Shown piece after piece: positions 25,987-32,000 of a DNA stretch of 32,000 nucleotides. Source of the DNA: Microcystis aeruginosa NIES-843 (GTDB lineage: Bacteria; Cyanobacteriota; Cyanobacteriia; Cyanobacteriales; Microcystaceae). Each line of letters opens with the position of its first letter. Positions within the stretch are counted from its first letter, which is position 1. The notes under the pieces were generated by a model. That model worked only from the letters and a program-made list of their open reading frames with translations, did not search any database and was not told the DNA's origin. Where the stretch lies: assembly GCF_000010625.1 (NCBI RefSeq), contig NC_010296.1, positions 1,890,001 to 1,922,000 of the forward strand. Direction: 5' to 3'. A program made the position numbers and the translations under genes.

Positions 25987-28900
25987 ATGAATAGCCCCTT
26001 TCTCGACTACCTCAACGGCCCCAAGCATCCCGTCCTCGTCTTTGATGGGGCGATGGGAACTTCCCTACAAAGCCAAAATCTGACGGCCGAGGACTTTGGT
26101 GGGGCAGAATACGAAGGTTGTAACGAGTATCTTGTCCATACTAAACCTAGCGCCGTAGCGAAAGTCCACGAAGCTTTTTTAGCCGTGGGTGCGGATGTGA
26201 TTGAAACCGACACCTTTGGGGGAACCTCGATAGTTTTAGCCGAGTACGATTTAGCCGATCAAGCCTATTATCTCAACAAAACCGCCGCCGAACTGGCCAA
26301 GGCTTGCGCTAATAAATACTCTACCCCCGAAAAACCCCGTTTTGTGGCGGGTTCCATGGGGCCGGGGACAAAACTGCCCACTTTGGGTCATATTGACTTT
26401 GATACTCTCAAAAATGCCTATGTGGAACAGGTAGAGGGTCTGTACGATGGCGGGGCAGATTTATTATTAGTAGAAACCTGTCAGGATGTCCTGCAAATTA
26501 AAGCGGCTTTAAATGCTATTGAAGAAGTATTTCAGCAAAAAGGTCAACGATTGCCCCTCATGGTTTCGGTGACGATGGAAACCATGGGAACGATGTTAGT
26601 AGGAACGGAAATTAACGCCGTTGTCTCTATTTTACAACCCTATAAAATCGATATTTTGGGACTTAACTGCGCCACTGGTCCCGATTTAATGAAACCCCAT
26701 ATTAAATATCTCTCGGAAAATTCCCCTTTTATTGTTTCTTGTATTCCTAACGCTGGTTTACCGGAAAATGTCGGCGGTCAAGCGCACTATCGCCTCACTC
26801 CCGTAGAATTAAAAATGGCTTTAATGCACTTTATCGAAGATTTGGGAGTACAAATTATCGGCGGTTGTTGTGGTACTCGTCCCGACCATATTCAAGCTTT
26901 AGCGGAACTATGTCAAGGTTTAACTCCGAAATCTCGTCATTATCATTATGAACCCTCCGCCGCTTCTATTTATAGTACCCAACCCTATATTCAAGATAAT
27001 TCTTTCCTGATTGTCGGGGAAAAATTAAACGCCAGTGGTTCTAAAAAATGTCGGGAACTTCTCAATGCTGAAGACTGGGATAGTTTAGTATCTATGGCGA
27101 AAGCGCAGGTAAAAGAAGGGGCGCATATTCTCGATGTCAACGTCGATTATGTGGGCCGGGATGGGGTGCGCGATATGCACCAATTAGCCTCTCGTTTAGT
27201 TAATAATGTCACCCTACCTTTAATGTTAGATTCCACCGAATGGGAAAAAATGGAAGCGGGGTTAAAAGTAGCGGGGGGTAAATGTATCCTCAACTCTACT
27301 AACTACGAAGACGGGGAACCGCGTTTTTATCAAGTCTTGGATTTAGCGAAAAAATACGGCGCGGGGGTAGTAATTGGAACCATTGATGAAGAAGGAATGG
27401 GACGCACTGCCGAGAAAAAATTCCAGATAGCTAAACGGGCCTATTATGCGGCGATAGAATACGGAATTCCTCCCTACGAAATCTTTTTTGATCCTTTAGC
27501 TTTACCGATTTCTACCGGTATCGAAGAAGACCGAGAAAATGGCAAGGCTACTATCGAAGCAATGGGCCGAATTCGCCAAGAATTGCCAGAATGTCACATT
27601 CTTTTAGGTGTGTCTAATATCTCCTTTGGCTTGAATCCGGCAGCGCGTCAGGTATTAAATTCCGTCTTCCTCAACGAAGCGATGCAGGTGGGGATGGATG
27701 GGGCAATCGTCAGCGCTAATAAAATTCTTCCTCTGGCAAAAATTGAACCAGAATATCAGCAAGTTTGTCGGGATTTAATCTATGATAATCGTCGTTTTGA
27801 TGGCGATATATGTGTTTATGATCCCCTGACCAAATTAACCGAATTATTTGCGGGGAAAACTACTAAAAAAGACCCCTCTAGTAATGCTAATTTACCCGTG
27901 GAGGAACGATTAAAACAGCATATTATTGATGGGGAAAGATTGGGACTGGAAGACGCTTTGAATCAAGCTTTACAGGACTATCCACCCCTAGATATTATTA
28001 ATATTTTCCTCTTGGATGGGATGAAGGTAGTGGGTGAGTTATTTGGTTCGGGACAAATGCAGTTACCTTTTGTTCTCCAATCTGCCCAAACTATGAAAGC
28101 AGCTGTTGCTTTTTTAGAACCCTTTATGGAGAAAAAAGAGGGGGATAATAATGCCAAAGGGACTTTTATTATCGCAACAGTTAAAGGGGATGTTCACGAT
28201 ATTGGTAAAAATTTAGTTGATATTATCTTGACAAATAACGGCTATAAGGTGATTAATTTGGGCATTAAACAACCCGTAGAAAATATCATCGAAGCCTACA
28301 AAGAACATAAAGCCGATTGTATCGCTATGAGCGGTTTATTGGTGAAATCAACGGCTTTTATGAAGGAAAATCTGGAGGTTTTTAACGAAAAAGGAATCAC
28401 CGTTCCCGTTATCCTTGGCGGGGCAGCTTTAACTCCCAAATTTGTCCATGATGACTGTCAAAAAACCTACAAGGGACAGGTTATCTATGGTAAAGATGCC
28501 TTCTCTGACCTGCATTTTATGGATAAATTAATGCCCGCTAAAGCTGGGGGTCAATGGGATGATAGCAAAGGCTTTTTAGCGGAGTGTGCCGAGACAGAAA
28601 AAACCCCGGTTGTCGCCGAAGAATTAGAGGTTAATCCCGATACTATTTTTACCGATGGCAGCGTGGACAAAGAATTAGTTATTGATACCCGTCGTTCGGA
28701 AGCGGTGGAAGTTAATATTCCCCGACCAACACCGCCCTTCTGGGGTACTAAAATATTAACAGCAGCAGAAATTCCCATCGAGGAGGTTTTCTGGTATTTA
28801 GACCTACAAGCTTTATTTGTCGGTCAATGGCAATTCCGCAAACCCAAAAGCCAATCGAAGCCAGAATACGACCAGTTTTTACAGGAAAAAGTTCATCCAA

Positions 28901-29550
28901 TTCTAGCAGCATGGAAAGAGAAAATTGTCAAGGAAAATTTACTAAACCCCACATTAATTTATGGTTATTTTCCCTGTCAGTCGTCCGGTAATTCCCTGTT
29001 AATTTACGATCCCGAATCGATACAAGCGGGCGAAAAACCCGAAAATCTGCAACCGATCGCCATTTTTGAGTTTCCTCGCCAGAAATCCGGTCGTCGTCTC
29101 TGTATTGCTGACTTTTTCGCCCCGCAGGAATCCGGTATTATCGACGTTTTCCCGATGCAAGCAGTGACAGTGGGGGAAATCGCCACGGAATACGCTAAAT
29201 CTCTCTTTGATGCCAACCAATACACCGAATACCTCTATTATCACGGCATGGCTGTCCAAACCGCCGAAGCCATGGCCGAATGGACCCACACCCGCATCCG
29301 TCGCGAGTTAGGTTTCGCAGAGTTCGATCCCGATAATATCCGCGATATACTACAACAGCGTTACCAGGGTTCTCGCTATAGTTTCGGCTATCCCGCTTGT
29401 CCCAATATTCAGGACCAATACAAGCAACTAGATCTGTTAGGATGCGATCGCATTGGGATGTCTATGGACGAAAGCGAACAATTGTACCCAGAACAATCCA
29501 CCACCGCCATTATCACCTATCACCCCACCGCTAAATACTTTAGTACCTAA
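25987..29550 (+). CDS. metH: Cobalamin-dependent methionine synthase
   Basis: 1187 aa with the full five-module order: Hcy-binding, pterin-binding, cap, B12-binding with DVHDIGKN (DxHxxG), and the AdoMet activation domain. Confidence 0.95.
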   Translation: MNSPFLDYLNGPKHPVLVFDGAMGTSLQSQNLTAEDFGGAEYEGCNEYLVHTKPSAVAKVHEAFLAVGADVIETDTFGGTSIVLAEYDLADQAYYLNKTAAELAKACANKYSTPEKPRFVAGSMGPGTKLPTLGHIDFDTLKNAYVEQVEGLYDGGADLLLVETCQDVLQIKAALNAIEEVFQQKGQRLPLMVSVTMETMGTMLVGTEINAVVSILQPYKIDILGLNCATGPDLMKPHIKYLSENSPFIVSCIPNAGLPENVGGQAHYRLTPVELKMALMHFIEDLGVQIIGGCCGTRPDHIQALAELCQGLTPKSRHYHYEPSAASIYSTQPYIQDNSFLIVGEKLNASGSKKCRELLNAEDWDSLVSMAKAQVKEGAHILDVNVDYVGRDGVRDMHQLASRLVNNVTLPLMLDSTEWEKMEAGLKVAGGKCILNSTNYEDGEPRFYQVLDLAKKYGAGVVIGTIDEEGMGRTAEKKFQIAKRAYYAAIEYGIPPYEIFFDPLALPISTGIEEDRENGKATIEAMGRIRQELPECHILLGVSNISFGLNPAARQVLNSVFLNEAMQVGMDGAIVSANKILPLAKIEPEYQQVCRDLIYDNRRFDGDICVYDPLTKLTELFAGKTTKKDPSSNANLPVEERLKQHIIDGERLGLEDALNQALQDYPPLDIINIFLLDGMKVVGELFGSGQMQLPFVLQSAQTMKAAVAFLEPFMEKKEGDNNAKGTFIIATVKGDVHDIGKNLVDIILTNNGYKVINLGIKQPVENIIEAYKEHKADCIAMSGLLVKSTAFMKENLEVFNEKGITVPVILGGAALTPKFVHDDCQKTYKGQVIYGKDAFSDLHFMDKLMPAKAGGQWDDSKGFLAECAETEKTPVVAEELEVNPDTIFTDGSVDKELVIDTRRSEAVEVNIPRPTPPFWGTKILTAAEIPIEEVFWYLDLQALFVGQWQFRKPKSQSKPEYDQFLQEKVHPILAAWKEKIVKENLLNPTLIYGYFPCQSSGNSLLIYDPESIQAGEKPENLQPIAIFEFPRQKSGRRLCIADFFAPQESGIIDVFPMQAVTVGEIATEYAKSLFDANQYTEYLYYHGMAVQTAEAMAEWTHTRIRRELGFAEFDPDNIRDILQQRYQGSRYSFGYPACPNIQDQYKQLDLLGCDRIGMSMDESEQLYPEQSTTAIITYHPTAKYFST

Positions 29551-29551
29551 T

Positions 29552-29620
29552 CAGTTATCAGTGATCAGTGATCAGTTATCAGGTGTGAGTTATCAGTGAT
29601 TCAGTTATCAGGTGTGAGTT
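29552..29620. repeat. Heptamer repeats CAGTTAT/CAGTGAT interleaved with CAGGTGTGAGTT
   Basis: Starts 2 nt after the metH stop. Read directly. Confidence 0.9.
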
Positions 29621-29650
29621 TTTATCGGTAAAACCCTACACCCCACACCC

Positions 29651-30342
29651 GTTACAGTAGAGCAGGAAGTCGCCTTCCCACCCCCTGCTTCAAAACCGGA
29701 CTTACGACTTTCGCCGTATCCGGCTCCTGAGTAACTAGGCTACTGTCATTAGTAGAATAATAATGGGAATTATTATTTCCTTGTCTATTCAACCCTCTTG
29801 GCTGTATCCCCACCAGACAAGATTGTTGGTTTTAGGGCGTATATGACCGTTGATTGTTGCTTAGACTTCCTAGTTACCCGTCCTTTGTCAGCATATCTTT
29901 GATATTACTCAAAGCCTTGGCTTTTAAGGACATCCTCTCCCTCTATTGACTTGCGGATGGTTTCCTACTGCCCCGAACGGGCAGAGTCAATCAGGGTTAC
30001 TTCGTTCCCTATAACCATTGGTTGAACCCTTAGGATGATACTGTCCACAACAGAGTAACGGGAATGCCTTACTGATAGTGGTATGAGCTATCAGCCCCAA
30101 CTCTGTTAACTTTTGTTTCGAGCCTGTCAGCCTTTTGGCTCGTGGGTGTTGACGATGGTTAATTCGTATCTTCGCCCCAGGGCTATCCATAGGTTCTGGC
30201 TCAACGGGTTTCTGATTTAGGCTATCAGATACCGCTTTTTTTTCCTCGCTCACTACCTCAGATGTACCAAGTCTAAAGCAGCAGGAAATGCCGTCACTCT
30301 AGGCATCTAGAGGACAGGACTAAGGTTATTACTAACCCGCAC
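29651..30342 (-). mobile_element. ORF-less group II intron, copy 1 (692 nt)
   Basis: - The minus strand begins GTGCGGGTTAG (GUGYG) at 30342.
- The canonical 34-nt domain V, GAGCCGGATACGGCGAAAGTCGTAAGTCCGGTTT, is the complement of 29693-29726. It has the AGC triad, a GAAA tetraloop and a 2-nt bulge.
- The domain VI helix has a GCGA loop and a bulged A (complement of 29658) 7 nt from the 3' end ...CTGTAAC.
- Domain IV is reduced to an AT-rich hairpin, and there is no RT ORF. Confidence 0.85.
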
Positions 30343-30456
30343 CTGTAGGGTTATAAAGTTATCAAGGTACTACATTTACCAAGCGGCTAATCCTCTAAAC
30401 GTCTTACTGTCTAGTTTCTAGCCAACGAATCGCACCACACCCCACACCCTACACCC

Positions 30457-31148
30457 GTTACAGTAGAGCAGGAAGTCGCCTTCCCACCCCCTGCTTCAAA
30501 ACCGGACTTACGACTTTCGCCGTATCCGGCTCCTGAGTAACTAGGCTACTGTCATTAGTAGAATAATAATGGGAATTATTATTTCCTTGTCTATTCAACC
30601 CTCTTGGCTGTATCCCCACCAGACAAGATTGTTGGTTTTAGGGCGTATATGACCGTTGATTGTTGCTTAGACTTCCTAGTTACCCGTCCTTTGTCAGCAT
30701 ATCTTTGATATTACTCAAAGCCTTGGCTTTTAAGGACATCCTCTCCCTCTATTGACTTGCGGATGGTTTCCTACTGCCCCGAACGGGCAGAGTCAATCAG
30801 GGTTACTTCGTTCCCTATAACCATTGGTTGAACCCTTAGGATGATACTGTCCACAACAGAGTAACGGGAATGCCTTACTGATAGTGGTATGAGCTATCAG
30901 CCCCAACTCTGTTAACTTTTGTTTCGAGCCTGTCAGCCTTTTGGCTCGTGGGTGTTGACGATGGTTAATTCGTATCTTCGCCCCAGGGCTATCCATAGGT
31001 TCTGGCTCAACGGGTTTCTGATTTAGGCTATCAGATACCGCTTTTTTTTCCTCGCTCACTACCTCAGATGTACCAAGTCTAAAGCAGCAGGAAATGCCGT
31101 CACTCTAGGCATCTAGAGGACAGGACTAAGGTTATTACTAACCCGCAC
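30457..31148 (-). mobile_element. ORF-less group II intron, copy 2
   Basis: Offset of exactly 806 nt from copy 1. Appears identical to copy 1 by eye along the whole length. Confidence 0.85.
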
Positions 31149-31237
31149 CTGTAGGGTTATAAAGTTATCAAGGTACTACATTTACCAAGCGGCTAATCCT
31201 CTAAACGTCTTACTGTCTAGTTTCTAGCCAACGAATC

Positions 31238-31318
31238 GCACCACACCCCACACCCTACACCCCACACCCTACACCCTACACCCCACACCCCACACCCTAC
31301 ACCCCACACCCTACACCC
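31238..31318. repeat. Heptamer tract CACACCC/TACACCC (about 11 units) abutting the intron 3' end
   Basis: The same tract is about 2.5 units at 29634-29650 and about 3 units at 30434-30456. This length difference explains the 862-nt versus 806-nt unit spacing. Confidence 0.9.
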
Positions 31319-32000
31319 GTTACAGTAGAGCAGGAAGTCGCCTTCCCACCCCCTGCTTCAAAACCGGACTTACGACTTTCGCCGTATCCGGCTCCTGAGT
31401 AACTAGGCTACTGTCATTAGTAGAATAATAATGGGAATTATTATTTCCTTGTCTATTCAACCCTCTTGGCTGTATCCCCACCAGACAAGATTGTTGGTTT
31501 TAGGGCGTATATGACCGTTGATTGTTGCTTAGACTTCCTAGTTACCCGTCCTTTGTCAGCATATCTTTGATATTACTCAAAGCCTTGGCTTTTAAGGACA
31601 TCCTCTCCCTCTATTGACTTGCGGATGGTTTCCTACTGCCCCGAACGGGCAGAGTCAATCAGGGTTACTTCGTTCCCTATAACCATTGGTTGAACCCTTA
31701 GGATGATACTGTCCACAACAGAGTAACGGGAATGCCTTACTGATAGTGGTATGAGCTATCAGCCCCAACTCTGTTAACTTTTGTTTCGAGCCTGTCAGCC
31801 TTTTGGCTCGTGGGTGTTGACGATGGTTAATTCGTATCTTCGCCCCAGGGCTATCCATAGGTTCTGGCTCAACGGGTTTCTGATTTAGGCTATCAGATAC
31901 CGCTTTTTTTTTTCCTCGCTCACTACCTCAGATGTACCAAGTCTAAAGCAGCAGGAAATGCCGTCACTCTAGGCATCTAGAGGACAGGACTAAGGTTATT
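31319..32000 (-). mobile_element. ORF-less group II intron, copy 3 (5' ~12 nt cut by the window end)
   Basis: Same sequence. The only difference seen is a T10 run (31874-31883) where copies 1 and 2 have T8. Confidence 0.8.

Noticed and set aside
29987-30253. Identical 88-aa ORFs (29987..30253 and 30793..31059; shorter at 31655..31858), considered as a possible intron-encoded or repeat-encoded protein
   Set aside because: They lie in the domain I region of the intron RNA, not in domain IV. They show no RT/maturase motifs and have a low-complexity basic composition. The third copy's start shifts with a homopolymer length change. They are most likely fortuitous.
30343-30456. The 114-nt spacer is divisible by 3, so spliced spacers might encode a repeat protein
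   Set aside because: All three minus-strand frames of the spacer contain stop codons within the first ~15 codons.
29551-32000. CRISPR array or satellite as an explanation of the ~806-bp periodicity
   Set aside because: The repeat unit is hundreds of nt long with an invariant spacer. There is no short repeat / unique spacer alternation. Ribozyme domains V and VI identify it as group II introns.

Overview
This is a cyanobacterial chromosomal window. It has many HIP1 GCGATCGC sites and heptamer intergenic repeats. A Microcystis-like origin is my inference only. RNA and repeat coordinates were placed by eye (a few nt of uncertainty), and all family calls rest on motifs I could read, not on searches.

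Layout:
1. The 3' end of an rRNA operon: 23S tail, 5S and a terminator hairpin, followed by a small DUF2288-like gene.
2. A five-gene cassette without PKS or NRPS genes: FAAL-ACP, alpha-oxoamine synthase, amidinotransferase, a small membrane protein and an SDR. Its first gene is split by a 188-bp MITE.
3. A devB remnant plus a DevBCA-type ABC exporter. Its devB is split by a second copy of the same MITE.
4. Housekeeping genes: tRNA-Ser(GCU), a radical SAM protein, PBP2 and a class III alcohol dehydrogenase.
5. A defence-island-like stretch. It holds a 1214-aa CHAT-STAND-TPR (NLR-like) protein with near-identical 120-bp repeats, DUF29, an AbrB-like gene with two TIR-only genes, a DUF433/DUF5615 pair and a PD-(D/E)XK protein. 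Orphan gene tails and duplicated non-coding modules lie between these genes.
6. A SpoIID-like gene and metH.
7. A head-to-tail array of at least three nearly identical ORF-less group II introns on the minus strand, embedded in heptamer repeats and running off the window end.

The most interesting candidates are the guanidino-lipid-type biosynthetic cassette (decaying together with its neighbouring exporter), the AbrB-TIR-TIR module beside the CHAT-STAND protein, and the tandem intron array.
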